64,000 bases of DNA from positions 71,865 to 135,864 of the forward strand of contig CAKKRC010000012.1 of the NCBI GenBank assembly GCA_919902495.1. The letters run 5' to 3'. This DNA is from Nitrospiria bacterium (lineage in GTDB: Bacteria > Nitrospirota > UBA9217). This document shows, piece after piece, positions 46,625-57,673 of this stretch. The notes under the pieces were generated by a model. It ran no database searches and was not told where the DNA came from. It worked only from the letters and a program-made list of their open reading frames with translations. The number at the start of each line of letters is the position of its first letter. Position 1 is the stretch's first letter. Position numbers and translations under genes: made by a program.

Positions 46625-48808
46625 GCAGGCGTGGCCATGGTCATCTTCGATGAGTTCCACGAACGGAGCCTTCATGCCGACCTGGCCCTGGCGCTTGCCC
46701 TCGATGTCCGCAAGGGGTTGCGCCCTGACCTGAAGGTCCTCGTCATGTCCGCGACCATGGACACTGGCCCCATCGCCTCGCTCCTGGGAGACGCGGCCGT
46801 TGTCACTTCCACGGGAAAGGCCTTTCCCGTGGAAGAGCGCTATATGGCAGAAAGCACGCTTCCGGTCCACCGGCGCGTCGCTGCGGCGGTCCGGACCGCG
46901 CTCCGGGAGACCAGCGGCGACATCCTCGCGTTCCTGCCGGGCTCCGGGGAGATACGGTCCTGCGCCCGCGAGTTGCAGGAAGGGCTGGACCTCACCGAGG
47001 AGCGCATCGCCCTGCACCCGCTCTACGGCGATCTGCCGTTCGAGGAGCAGGAGCGGGCGATCCTGCCTTCCCGGGAGCGGCGAAAGATCGTGCTCGCCAC
47101 CAACATCGCCGAGACGAGCCTCACCATCGAGGGCGTGCATGTCGTCATCGACAGCGGCCTGACGCGCGGGCTCCGGTACGATCCCTCCACCGGCATGAAC
47201 CGGCTGGTGACGATGCCCGTGTCGCGCGCGGCCGCTGAGCAGCGCAAGGGCCGGGCGGGCCGCCTCGGGCCCGGTGTCTGCTACCGGCTCTACAGCCGCC
47301 ATGATCTGCAGGGCATGCCGCCGTTCGCACAGCCGGAGATCCTTGTGTCCGACCTTGCGCCTCTTGCCCTGGAGCTTGCGGCCTGGGGGGTGAAGGACCC
47401 GGCAACGCTGACCTGGCTCGATGTGCCGCCCGTGGCTGCGTGGGAGTCCGGTATCGGACTGCTTAAGGATTTAGGCGCCCTCGACCGTACGGGTTCGGTC
47501 ACACCGCAGGGACGGTCGATGGCCCGCCTTCCGCTCCATCCGAGGCTGGCCCGGTTGATGGTGCGGGCGGGGGAACTGGGATGTCTGCGCCTGGGCGCCG
47601 ACCTTGCGGCCATCCTCTCGGAGCGGGACATCTTCCGGCAGATCGGGGTTGAACGGGTCCACAACGAACGGGACGTATCGGAGCGGCTCGATATGCTGCG
47701 GCGATGGCGGAACGGAACGGAAACGAGCGGAGCGGCAAATCCCCAGGCGCTCCGGACCGTGGAGAGGACGGCGAGACAGCTCCTGTCCCTCGTCCCCGGA
47801 AGGCCGGAAGCCGCCGATCGCGTTCATGATGAGACCGAAATGATCAGCCGCCTTCTGCTCTGCGCCTTTCCGGACAGGATCTGCAAGCGCCGGGAGGAGG
47901 GGGGCGGGCGGTTCGTTCTGGTCCAGGGAAGGGGCGTGCGCCTTTCGACCGACAGCGGCCTCGGCGCCAGTCCCTATATCATCGCGGTGAACCTGGACGC
48001 CGGCGAGAAGACGGAGGGCTTTGTCCATGTGGCCGCGCCGGTCACGGAAGAGCTTATCCGGAGCGAATGCGGCGGCCGCATCGAGACCGTCAGAAGGGTT
48101 GAATGGGACAGCAGGGCAGGCAGGATCGCGGCCGCCCTTGAAGAGCGGCTTGAGGCCTTGCTTTTGTCGCAGAGCCCGTTCAAGCCGTCCGACGAAGAGG
48201 CAGGCCCGATCCTGTGCGAAGCGATCCGGACAACGCCTGGGATACTGAGCTTCAGCAAAGATGCGCGCCAGCTCCAGGCGCGGGCAAGTATGATAAGAAA
48301 AGCGTTCCCCGAAGAGAGCTGGCCGGACCTGACCGATGAACAGCTCCTGTCCCATCCGGAAGAATGGATACTTCCCTGGCTTACCGACATCCGCAGCGCG
48401 CAAAGCCTTGGCAGCCTCAATGTACTTCCCGCGATGAAGGCGAAGCTGAACCGGGAACAGCAGCGGTTCCTGGAAGAACGGGCGCCTCTCGCGATCACGG
48501 TCCCGAGCAGCAGCCGTATAACGATCGACTATACCGCGGGAGACATCCCGGTCCTTGCGGTGAAGCTGCAGGAGATGTTCGGCTGCGCTGACACGCCGGT
48601 GATCGCGGGAGGCAGGGTGAAGGTCCTGCTGCACCTGTTGTCGCCGGCGCGTAGGCCGGTCCAGGTCACCCAGGACCTTAAGGGTTTTTGGAACAGCGGC
48701 TACGTGCTGGTGAAAAAAGACCTGAAGGGACGCTACCCCAGGCATCCCTGGCCCGACGATCCCTGGAACGCCGTGCCGACGCGCCGCGCGAAACCGCGGG
48801 GGACGTGA
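46280..48808 (+). CDS. hrpB: ATP-dependent RNA helicase HrpB (DEAH-box)
   Basis: 842 aa; GAGKTT, DEFHER, HrpB C-terminal domain. Confidence 0.9.
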   Translation: MNSYPIDTILPELKKAVQNGPSVIVHAPPGAGKTTRVPLALLDVIPREQGRIIMLEPRRIAAVSAARWMARTVGEEVGGTVGYAIRFDSRSSARTRIEVVTEGILTRRIQVDPGLAGVAMVIFDEFHERSLHADLALALALDVRKGLRPDLKVLVMSATMDTGPIASLLGDAAVVTSTGKAFPVEERYMAESTLPVHRRVAAAVRTALRETSGDILAFLPGSGEIRSCARELQEGLDLTEERIALHPLYGDLPFEEQERAILPSRERRKIVLATNIAETSLTIEGVHVVIDSGLTRGLRYDPSTGMNRLVTMPVSRAAAEQRKGRAGRLGPGVCYRLYSRHDLQGMPPFAQPEILVSDLAPLALELAAWGVKDPATLTWLDVPPVAAWESGIGLLKDLGALDRTGSVTPQGRSMARLPLHPRLARLMVRAGELGCLRLGADLAAILSERDIFRQIGVERVHNERDVSERLDMLRRWRNGTETSGAANPQALRTVERTARQLLSLVPGRPEAADRVHDETEMISRLLLCAFPDRICKRREEGGGRFVLVQGRGVRLSTDSGLGASPYIIAVNLDAGEKTEGFVHVAAPVTEELIRSECGGRIETVRRVEWDSRAGRIAAALEERLEALLLSQSPFKPSDEEAGPILCEAIRTTPGILSFSKDARQLQARASMIRKAFPEESWPDLTDEQLLSHPEEWILPWLTDIRSAQSLGSLNVLPAMKAKLNREQQRFLEERAPLAITVPSSSRITIDYTAGDIPVLAVKLQEMFGCADTPVIAGGRVKVLLHLLSPARRPVQVTQDLKGFWNSGYVLVKKDLKGRYPRHPWPDDPWNAVPTRRAKPRGT

Positions 48809-48931
48809 GACATCGTCATGGGCCGCCGGTTGCCGTTGACAAGGAGGGATCAATTGATTATCATAAATAATATCACGCGTGATGCGAAAGACGATGCAGC
48901 AGCAAACGGTATTTCGCCCAGGAGGTTCGAC

Positions 48932-49363
48932 ATGAGCTGCAAGCGGATATTCTGTTCACGAGGCATTCAGAGAAAGGCCGCGGGGAGGATGCTGCTTCTT
49001 GCGGCTGGGGTCCTGGTAATGTCCTTTGTGCTTGCGGCGTGGTCGTTCACCGGAACGGTATCGGCGGCCGAAGCGCCGGCGGGCGCGGGCGTGAAGAACC
49101 CCTTCGCGGGCAAGCCCGAGGCGATCAAGGAAGGCGAGAAGATCTTTGACGCGAAATGCGCCGATTGCCACGGCGGCGATGCCATGGGACAGAGCGGACC
49201 GGACCTCACCGACGACAAATGGATCTACGGCGGCTCCGACGCCGAGGTGCTCGAGACGGTCACGAACGGGCGGAAGGGCGGTATGCCTTCCTGGAAGAGC
49301 GAGCTGGGCAAGGACGACATCTGGAAGGTCATTGCCTACATCAGGAGCCTGAGCAAGAAATAG
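48932..49363 (+). CDS. class I c-type cytochrome (c553/c6-like)
   Basis: signal peptide, CADCHG heme motif, downstream Met ligand; RBS ggagg before ATG 48932. Confidence 0.8.
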   Translation: MSCKRIFCSRGIQRKAAGRMLLLAAGVLVMSFVLAAWSFTGTVSAAEAPAGAGVKNPFAGKPEAIKEGEKIFDAKCADCHGGDAMGQSGPDLTDDKWIYGGSDAEVLETVTNGRKGGMPSWKSELGKDDIWKVIAYIRSLSKK

Positions 49364-49423
49364 GGCCGGGAACATTGGCGGAGTTATTTTGCGGGATGGC
49401 CGGTCCGCATACGTATATGAGGG

Positions 49424-50005
49424 ATGGCTGCCATGATCAATCAGGATGAACCGAAAAGAAACGCAAAGGCGGGCGAGACAGCGCCGGCCGATCAGAACGA
49501 GGAGAGCAAACCCGGCGATTACCTCCGGGCGGTGCGGTCCCATCTCCGGAACGGGAAGCACAAGGACGCCTACAGCCTCCTGCTGCAGGCATCCGTCCGG
49601 TTTCCCGAGGACCCGTTCATTCTGTCCTATTACGGTTGTCTCCAGGCGCTCGTGGACAAGAAGTACCGGAGCGGAGTCGAGAACTGCAAGCGGGCGATCC
49701 TTCTGTTGAGGAAACAAGGGTCCTCCAGCGAGGAGATGCTCTATCCGGTGTTCTATCTCAACCTCGGGAGGGCCTATATCGCTGCCGGAAGGAAGCAGGA
49801 CGCCATCGACGCGCTCAATAAAGGACTGAAGTACGATAGCGGACACAGCGACCTCAGGAAGGAACTGCAGGGCTTGGGCGTGCGGAAGCAGCAGCCGGTG
49901 CCGTTCCTCGACCGGTCAAACCCGATCAATAAGTACATCGGCATGATGCTGAAATCGGAGAAAAAGGCGCCTCCGGCAGGAAAGAGCGGTGGGCGGGGAC
50001 GGTAG
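49424..50005 (+). CDS. TPR-like repeat protein
   Basis: helical repeat composition (AY..LL.A...P.D..); weak. Confidence 0.45.
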   Translation: MAAMINQDEPKRNAKAGETAPADQNEESKPGDYLRAVRSHLRNGKHKDAYSLLLQASVRFPEDPFILSYYGCLQALVDKKYRSGVENCKRAILLLRKQGSSSEEMLYPVFYLNLGRAYIAAGRKQDAIDALNKGLKYDSGHSDLRKELQGLGVRKQQPVPFLDRSNPINKYIGMMLKSEKKAPPAGKSGGRGR

Positions 50006-50029
50006 TTAGAGCCGGACAGGGGGACATGA

Positions 50030-50070
50030 AGAAAGGTCGACACGGAGACACGGGGACAGGGAGACACGAC
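50030..50070. repeat. 8-nt periodic gacacgga/gacacggg micro-repeat
   Basis: cgacacggagacacggggacagggagacacgac; same family as 26120-26180 and (rc) 27440-27500. Confidence 0.6.
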
Positions 50071-50109
50071 AATGCAGAGTGCAGAATACCGGGTGAGGAG
50101 GGAGAATCA

Positions 50110-50568
50110 TTGATCGTTACCGACCTTGACCACATAGACCACCAGGTACTGATGACGCCTTCCCTGCGGAAGGCGTTCGACTTTTTGCGGGGAAGGGACA
50201 TTCATGCGCTCCCCGACGGCAGGGTGGATATTGACGGCGACAGGGTGTTCGCTCTGGTCCAGCGGTACGAGACGGTGTGGACGGAGGCCCCGAAGTTCGA
50301 ATGCCATCGGAAGTATATCGACGTCCAGTTCATTGCATCGGGCGAAGAGATCATCGGCTGGGCGACCTCGGAAACGATGAAGATCGCCGAGGACTATGAT
50401 GAGAAGAAGGACATTTGCTTCGGCACGGTCGCTGCGGCGAAATGGACCTCGGTCCATCTGCATGCGGGACAGCTCATGGTGCTCTGGCCGGAGGATGCCC
50501 ACGCGCCGAAGCTGGCGACCGGTGAGCCGTCATCGGTCATGAAGATCGTGGTCAAGGTTGCGGTGTGA
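50110..50568 (+). CDS. YhcH/YjgK/YiaL-family (DUF386) protein
   Basis: TTG start after ggagg gives MIVTDLDHID...; conserved YhcH motifs. Confidence 0.65.
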   Translation: MIVTDLDHIDHQVLMTPSLRKAFDFLRGRDIHALPDGRVDIDGDRVFALVQRYETVWTEAPKFECHRKYIDVQFIASGEEIIGWATSETMKIAEDYDEKKDICFGTVAAAKWTSVHLHAGQLMVLWPEDAHAPKLATGEPSSVMKIVVKVAV

Positions 50569-50634
50569 TAACGACAGGGGCAAGGGTCATGGGGCCGGGG
50601 TCCAGGGAAAGCACAGCGCGAAAGGACGGAAGCG

Positions 50635-50931
50635 GTGATGGCGAAGCGTGATGACGACAAGATCCGGCAGCAGTACAAGGCGCGCCAGGACCGGCAGATA
50701 GTTGCGATCGCGGTTGCGATGTTCTGCATGCTCCTGGCGGCGGTGCTCTATAAACGCCCTGATCTCCTGGGCGCTTTTTCCGGGCGGACACTGGTCGGGT
50801 TGCAGATCGTCAGCATCGCCTCGTTCGTGGTATTCTCCGCCTATAACTGGCGCTGTCCGTCCTGTGACAAGCATCTGGGGAACAATGTGCACAGGCAGCG
50901 CTGCGGAAAGTGCGGTGCAAGGCTGCAGTAG
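50635..50931 (+). CDS. small membrane protein with C-terminal zinc-ribbon
   Basis: two hydrophobic helices; CPSCDKH...CGKCG. Confidence 0.35.
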   Translation: MMAKRDDDKIRQQYKARQDRQIVAIAVAMFCMLLAAVLYKRPDLLGAFSGRTLVGLQIVSIASFVVFSAYNWRCPSCDKHLGNNVHRQRCGKCGARLQ

Positions 50932-50956
50932 AAGTGTGTGCTGCAAGGATACTCCG

Positions 50957-51045
50957 CTCTCTCTTGCATATCCCCTTCGCGTTCCGAACAAACCCCTCCG
51001 CACCTCCCCTTGGTAAGGGGAGGCTGGGTGGGGTGGGCGATGGTC
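50957..51045. repeat. GC-rich hairpin element copy E4
   Basis: cctccccttggtaaggggaggctgggtggggtgg. Confidence 0.65.
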
Positions 51046-51226
51046 TGAAATAAAAATGGCAGGCGGTCATTTCGACCGTCTGCCATTTTGTGTTTAAAGA
51101 CCTATTTCTCATTTATTCGTCATCCCCGTGAAAACGGGGATCCAGTACGGTTTTAAACCCCTGGATTCCCGCTTTCGCGGGAATGACAGGATGGGGCTTG
51201 AAAATCCATTTCGACGAACGGTCTTG

Positions 51227-52435
51227 TTAGATCTTTTCCAGCGCCTGCTTCAGGTCGGCGAGCAGGTCGTCCACGTCCTCCAGGCCCAGGGCGAGCCGCA
51301 CGAGGTTGTCGGACATGCCGATCTTCTTCCGGTAGTCCGCGGGATAATCGAAGAACGACATCATCCACATCTGGGTCACCAGGCTCTCGCTGCCGCCGAG
51401 GCTCGGCGTGATCAGGAAGAGCTCGAGGGCGTCGATGAACTTCCGGGTCTTCGCGTCGTCGCCCTTGAGCAGGAACGTGACCACGCTGCCGAATCCCTTC
51501 ATCTGCGCCTTGGCGATCGCCCGGTCAGGATGCGAATCCAGGCCGGGATACCAGACCTTCTCTATCTTGGGGTGCGCCTCGAGCATGGCTGCCACGGCGA
51601 GCCCCGCCTCGTTGTGGTGCTTCATCCGCAGGCCGAAGGTCTTGAGGCCGCGCTCCAGCAGGAAGCAGGTGAGCGGGCCGGGTGTGGCGCCGATCATGCG
51701 CTGCATGCGATAGATGTCGTTCATGAGCTTGTCCGAACCGAGGGAGACCCCGGCGAGCAGGTCGTTGTGGCCGCCCAGGTACTTGGTGGCCGAGTGGATC
51801 ACCACGTCGACGCCCATCTCCAGCGGCTTCAGGTTGTAGGACGTGGCGAGCGTGGAGTCGATGATGGTCATGACCTTGTGCTGCTTCGCGACCTTCACCA
51901 CCGCTTCGAGGTCCAGGCACCGCAGGTAGGGATTGGTCGGCGATTCCGTGAAGATGATGTTCGTGTTGGGCCTGATGGCCTTTTCGATCGCCTCGGCGGT
52001 CGGGTCCACCATCGAGACCTGGATGCCGAACTCGGCCAGCAGGTTCGCTGCGAAATCGCGGGTCTGGCGGTAACAGTCGCTCGTGAAGATGATGTGGCCG
52101 TCACGGCGCATGAACGTCATGAGCGTCAGGATCACCGCGGACATGCCGCTGGAAAAGAGGACCGCGCGCTCGGCGCCCTCGACGGCGGCCAGCTTGCGCT
52201 CGCACTCCTCCTGGGTCGGGTTGCCGTACCGGCCGTACTCGTGCTCGCGGATCACCCGGCCCTCGCTCTTGGCCTTCATGAAGTCGTAGACTTCCTGGGT
52301 GTTGTTGAAGTAGTAGTTGGACGTATGGACGATGGGCGTCGAGACCGCGAAATGCGCGTGGTGCACGCGGTCGAGGCCGTGGATGCCGAGGGTGGCCGGT
52401 TTCCAATTTTTGGGATTAGCAGGTTTCTTAGCCAT
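51227..52435 (-). CDS. Cys/Met-metabolism PLP-dependent enzyme (cystathionine gamma-synthase/beta-lyase family)
   Basis: PLP-lysine motif SATKYLGGH; start set at second MAKKP (52435), the first lies in the cggattg repeat. Confidence 0.85.
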   Translation of the reverse strand: MAKKPANPKNWKPATLGIHGLDRVHHAHFAVSTPIVHTSNYYFNNTQEVYDFMKAKSEGRVIREHEYGRYGNPTQEECERKLAAVEGAERAVLFSSGMSAVILTLMTFMRRDGHIIFTSDCYRQTRDFAANLLAEFGIQVSMVDPTAEAIEKAIRPNTNIIFTESPTNPYLRCLDLEAVVKVAKQHKVMTIIDSTLATSYNLKPLEMGVDVVIHSATKYLGGHNDLLAGVSLGSDKLMNDIYRMQRMIGATPGPLTCFLLERGLKTFGLRMKHHNEAGLAVAAMLEAHPKIEKVWYPGLDSHPDRAIAKAQMKGFGSVVTFLLKGDDAKTRKFIDALELFLITPSLGGSESLVTQMWMMSFFDYPADYRKKIGMSDNLVRLALGLEDVDDLLADLKQALEKI

Positions 52436-52436
52436 T

Positions 52437-52480
52437 TGTAATTCTCCTTCTTGAAATCCGAAATCCGCAATCCGCAATTC
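52437..52480. repeat. cggattg/aatccg 7-nt micro-repeat between thrC and the metB-like gene
   Basis: gaaatccgaaatccgcaatccgcaattcgg. Confidence 0.65.
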
Positions 52481-52493
52481 GGCTGACGGTTTC

Positions 52494-53840
<1,347 letters not shown>

Positions 53841-54308
53841 GGACGTGAACCTCGTGTGTCGTAGTGGGAGACAGACTACAAAAAGAGCATTAAATTCTTT
53901 GTGCCACCGAGGTGAGCGAGGACACCGAGGAAAGCTGAACACCTATTGTCATGGTGTTTCTCTGTAAACGCTGAGTTCTCTGTGGCAAAAAGAAGAATAA
54001 CATACTGGATAGCCATGAATCAATGATAAAGTGCCGGAAAGACGCATGGGTTGCTGTCCGCGGGATGACGGACAAGGAGGCAACAGTGCGGACAATTTCG
54101 CCTTGACTCCGAAACACCCTTGCGTGATAATCAACGCCATCACGAAAAACTTTTCGCCACAGCCAAAAGGCGAGGATTTTTTCTCGCAACCAAAAGTAGG
54201 CGCTTCTAAGCGAGACGCAAAGGCGCAAAGTAAAGATAAATCTCAGAAGAACAAAAAGAAATTCAAGAACTAGATCAAGCAGTATTCAAAGCCAACCGGA
54301 TTTTTCAA

Positions 54309-54370
54309 TATTCTGTCGTTGTCTTCTTTGCGTGCTTGGCGGCTTTGCGAGAGACAGCCGTACGCTGTAG
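54309..54370. repeat. ctttgcg-family dispersed repeat
   Basis: tcttctttgcgtgcttggcggctttgcgagagacagccgtacgctgtag. Confidence 0.6.
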
Positions 54371-54426
54371 ATTTTCAGCTTTTGCATGACAAGGTATATC
54401 CTTTTCGATAGGGGAAAATATCAGGA

Positions 54427-56478
54427 ATGAAAAAGACACAAAAGAAGTCGGAAGCAACTTCCTGGCAAGACGACGTTAAGCGTGTTGCTGCCGGCATCCG
54501 GCGGCGGGTGCTGGAGCATACGATCCGGAACAACGGCGGCTACCTTTCCCAGGCCTGCTCGTCGGCGGAGATCCTGGCGACCCTCTATGTGAAGGTGATG
54601 GACCTCGGGAAGATAAAAACGCCGCTTGTGCCGAAGCCCTTCCCCGGCGTGCCCGGCCCCGATAATCCGGATTACTTCACGGGTGCCGCCTTCAACGGCC
54701 CCGGCCCGGACAGGGACCGGTTCTTCCTCTCGCCCGCCCAGTATGCCCTCGTGCTGTATGCCGTCCTCATCGAGACGGGCCGCATGGCGGAGGAAGGCCT
54801 TGCCCAGTTCAACAAGGACGGCAGCGTCGTCGAGATGATCGGCGCCGAGCATTCCCCCGGCATGGAGACCATGACCGGCTCGCTGGGCCAGGGCATCAGC
54901 CAGGCCTCGGGCATCGCCATGGCGCGGAAGCGGAAGGGCGAGAAGGGCAGGGTCTTCATCTTCATGTCGGACGGCGAGTTCCAGATCGGCCAGACCTGGG
55001 AGGCGCTCCAGGCCTTGTCGTTCCACATGCTCGACAACGTGGTCATCTACGTGGACGTCAACGGGTTCCAATGCGACGGGAAGATGTGCAACGTCATGGA
55101 CGTGGAGCCGCTGGACAGGCGGCTCGAGGCCTTCGGCGCACGGGTCTTCCGGGTGAACGGCCACGACATCAAGAAGCTCGCGGACGCCGGTTCGGTCACG
55201 CCCGACGGCAGGCCCGTGGTCGTCCTGTGCGATACCGATGCGGCACGGGGCATTGAGGTGCTCAAGTCCCGCGCGCCCAAGATGCACTATGTCCGTTTCA
55301 CCAGCGTGGAGGAGAAGAGCTGGTACGCGGTGGCGCTCGAACAGCTCTGCGGTGCCAAGGCACACTTCACCCCACCCGTTGATAGAGACTCACCCTCTCC
55401 TTCCGTCCTCTCCCCTCTGAGGGAGAGGATAAGAGGTGAGGGGGGCATCATCTTCGGAGAGGGAAAAAGAGAAGGTCCGGAGATCGTCTCCCGCGTCCAT
55501 GCGAAGAACCTTGTCAAATGGGCCGCCGACAAGCCGAAGGTTCTGGTGCTGTCAGCCGACCTCACCAGTTCCACCGAGATCGATATGTTCCGGGACGCCT
55601 ATCCCGACCGGTTCCTGTCCATGGGCATCGCAGAGCAGAACATGCTGAGCTGGGCCAGCGGACTGGCGCGGGAAGGGTTCATCCCTTTTGTCCACACCTT
55701 CGCGGTCTTTATATATAGAAGGGCGTTCGACCAGATCGCCATGTCCGTATCCTATCCCAACCTGCCGGTCAGGATGATCGGGTTCCTGCCGGGCATCACC
55801 ACGCCGGGCGGGGCGACCCACCAGGCGATCGAGGACGTTGCGGTGATGCGGGCGCTGCCGAACATGACGGTCCTCGACTGCGGCGACGCAACGGACGTGG
55901 AGTCCGTGCTCGATGTCATCGAGAAGATCAACGGCCCGGTGTATGTGCGCATGCTGCGGGGAGAGATCCCGCGGCTTTTCGCAACTCCCATGGAGTTCGG
56001 GAAGGCGCGGGTCGTCTCGGAAGGGAAGGACATCACCGTGCTCTCTTCCGGCATCATGACCGAAGAGGCCATGCGGGCAGTGCAGGTGCTCCAGAAACGG
56101 GGCCTGTCGGTCCAGCACATGCATATCTCGACGCTCAAGCCTTTTAACGACCAGACGGTCATGGACGCCATCGCCCGGTCGAAGTACGGTGTCATCACCA
56201 TGGAAAACCACACCATCGTCGGCGGGCTCGGCAGCATCATCGCCGAGCAGATGGCCGAGCGGGGCATGGACAGGAAGCTCGTACGCATTGGCCTCCGGGA
56301 CATCTATGCCCACGGCGCTAGCAGGAACTATCTCCTCAAGAAATACCGCATGGATGCCATGGCGCTGATCTCAGAGATCGAGGGACTTGTCGGAAAGAAG
56401 TTCGGCATCACCGAGGACGAGCTGAAGGAGACCTTCATCGCGGCGGTGCACAGTACGGCGAAAGCGGAAGCGCTGTAA
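54427..56478 (+). CDS. tkt: transketolase, N-terminal and C-terminal sections joined in one ORF through an in-frame hairpin-repeat insertion
   Basis: residues 1-318 match split-transketolase TPP-binding subunit, residues about 355-683 the C-terminal subunit; linker SPSPSVLSPLRERIRGEGGIIFGEGKREGP derives from repeat E5. Confidence 0.8.
   Translation: MKKTQKKSEATSWQDDVKRVAAGIRRRVLEHTIRNNGGYLSQACSSAEILATLYVKVMDLGKIKTPLVPKPFPGVPGPDNPDYFTGAAFNGPGPDRDRFFLSPAQYALVLYAVLIETGRMAEEGLAQFNKDGSVVEMIGAEHSPGMETMTGSLGQGISQASGIAMARKRKGEKGRVFIFMSDGEFQIGQTWEALQALSFHMLDNVVIYVDVNGFQCDGKMCNVMDVEPLDRRLEAFGARVFRVNGHDIKKLADAGSVTPDGRPVVVLCDTDAARGIEVLKSRAPKMHYVRFTSVEEKSWYAVALEQLCGAKAHFTPPVDRDSPSPSVLSPLRERIRGEGGIIFGEGKREGPEIVSRVHAKNLVKWAADKPKVLVLSADLTSSTEIDMFRDAYPDRFLSMGIAEQNMLSWASGLAREGFIPFVHTFAVFIYRRAFDQIAMSVSYPNLPVRMIGFLPGITTPGGATHQAIEDVAVMRALPNMTVLDCGDATDVESVLDVIEKINGPVYVRMLRGEIPRLFATPMEFGKARVVSEGKDITVLSSGIMTEEAMRAVQVLQKRGLSVQHMHISTLKPFNDQTVMDAIARSKYGVITMENHTIVGGLGSIIAEQMAERGMDRKLVRIGLRDIYAHGASRNYLLKKYRMDAMALISEIEGLVGKKFGITEDELKETFIAAVHSTAKAEAL
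55381..55480. repeat. GC-rich hairpin element copy E5 inside the transketolase ORF
   Basis: cctctcccctctgagggagaggataagaggtgaggggggcatcatcttcggagaggg. Confidence 0.8.
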
Positions 56479-56479
56479 A

Positions 56480-56515
56480 ACAATTGCGGATTTCGGATTG
56501 CGGATTGCGGAATAA
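56480..56515. repeat. cggattg 7-nt micro-repeat
   Basis: caattgcggatttcggattgcggattgcggaataag. Confidence 0.65.
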
Positions 56516-56586
56516 GTAGACCTGCCTAGGCTGACGATGTCAAACTGCACTTGTTCTAATATCTTGCATCCAGATGCCGATGTTGT

Positions 56587-56650
56587 TTCAATCCCTTGCG
56601 TTGTCTTTCTTTGCGCGCTTTGCGGCTTTGCGAGAGAAAGCCGTTCGCCG
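56587..56650. repeat. ctttgcg-family dispersed repeat
   Basis: ttgtctttctttgcgcgctttgcggctttgcgagagaaagccgttcgccgtag. Confidence 0.6.
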
Positions 56651-56666
56651 TAGCTTTTCAACTACC

Positions 56667-57374
56667 ATGACCGCACAGAAGATCCAAACATACCTCCGCC
56701 GGTTCGCCAGCAAGGAGAAGGCGAGGCTCCTTCAGGGTTTCTTCAAGACCGGGCCGGGGCAGTACGGCGAAGGGGACAAGTTCCTCGGCGTCATGGTCCC
56801 GAACATCAGGCGGACGGTGAAAGAGTTCGCCGATGCGCCCCTGTCTGAGATCGTGAAGCTTCTTCACTCTCCCTGGCACGAAGAACGGCTGCTCGCCCTC
56901 TTGCTGATGGTCCAGAAGTACGAGAAAGGCGACGACGAGCTGCGGAAGCGGATCTACACGCTCTATCTGAAGAACACGAAGTATATCAACAACTGGGACC
57001 TCGTGGACCTTTCGGCCCCGAAGATCGTCGGCCCCTGGCTTGATGGCGGCTCGCGGTCGCTGCTCTACCGTTTCGTGCGGTCGAAGAACCTCTGGGAGCG
57101 GCGCATCGCCGTCCTGGCGACCTTTGCTTATATACGGAAAAGTGATTTTGCCGACGCGCTGGCGCTCGCGGAGATGCTGCTGGCCGACTGCCACGACCTG
57201 ATGCACAAGGCCGTGGGATGGATGCTGCGCGAGGTGGGGAAGAAGGATGTCGCGGTGCTTGAGGGATTTCTCAGGAAGCACCACCGGGCCATGCCGCGCA
57301 CTGCGCTCCGGTACGCGATCGAACGGTTCCCGGAGGCGAAGCGGCAGAAATATCTGCGGAATGAGATAAAGTAG
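56667..57374 (+). CDS. DNA alkylation repair protein (AlkD/AlkC-like HEAT-repeat family)
   Basis: family-typical N-terminus MTAQKIQTYLRRFASKEKARLLQGFFKTG; start at Met 56667. Confidence 0.75.
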   Translation: MTAQKIQTYLRRFASKEKARLLQGFFKTGPGQYGEGDKFLGVMVPNIRRTVKEFADAPLSEIVKLLHSPWHEERLLALLLMVQKYEKGDDELRKRIYTLYLKNTKYINNWDLVDLSAPKIVGPWLDGGSRSLLYRFVRSKNLWERRIAVLATFAYIRKSDFADALALAEMLLADCHDLMHKAVGWMLREVGKKDVAVLEGFLRKHHRAMPRTALRYAIERFPEAKRQKYLRNEIK

Positions 57375-57509
57375 CAGGACCAGCAGCAGGGCATATTTAC
57401 CGCAGGGGACGCAGCCAAAAGTAGGCACCTCCAGGTGAGGAAAAGCAGGCGAGGAAGTAAAAATCTTTAACTTGCAATTCCCTGTAGCTTGCTACAGGGT
57501 CACAATATA

Positions 57510-57600
57510 GGTTCCTCCCCCTTGATGGGGGAGGTTAGGTGGGGGTGACAGCAGTCGATGTATCACCCTCCCCTTGCCCCTCCCATCAAGGGAGGGGAAG
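57510..57600. repeat. GC-rich hairpin element copy E6
   Basis: cctcccccttgatgggggagg and cctcccatcaagggagggg hairpins. Confidence 0.65.
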
Positions 57601-57673
57601 ATGTCAGATATCCCGCAGCTTGCTGCGGGGAGGTTCATTATGCAGTGAACGACGCACCTGGGCCAACTCTATG

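Noticed and set aside
46265-48853. Long minus-strand ORFs (345 and 460 aa) across hrpB
   Set aside because: Antisense to a clearly conserved DEAH helicase
51128-52441. 437-aa plus-strand ORF overlapping the metB-like gene
   Set aside because: Antisense; the minus-strand product has a PLP-enzyme signature
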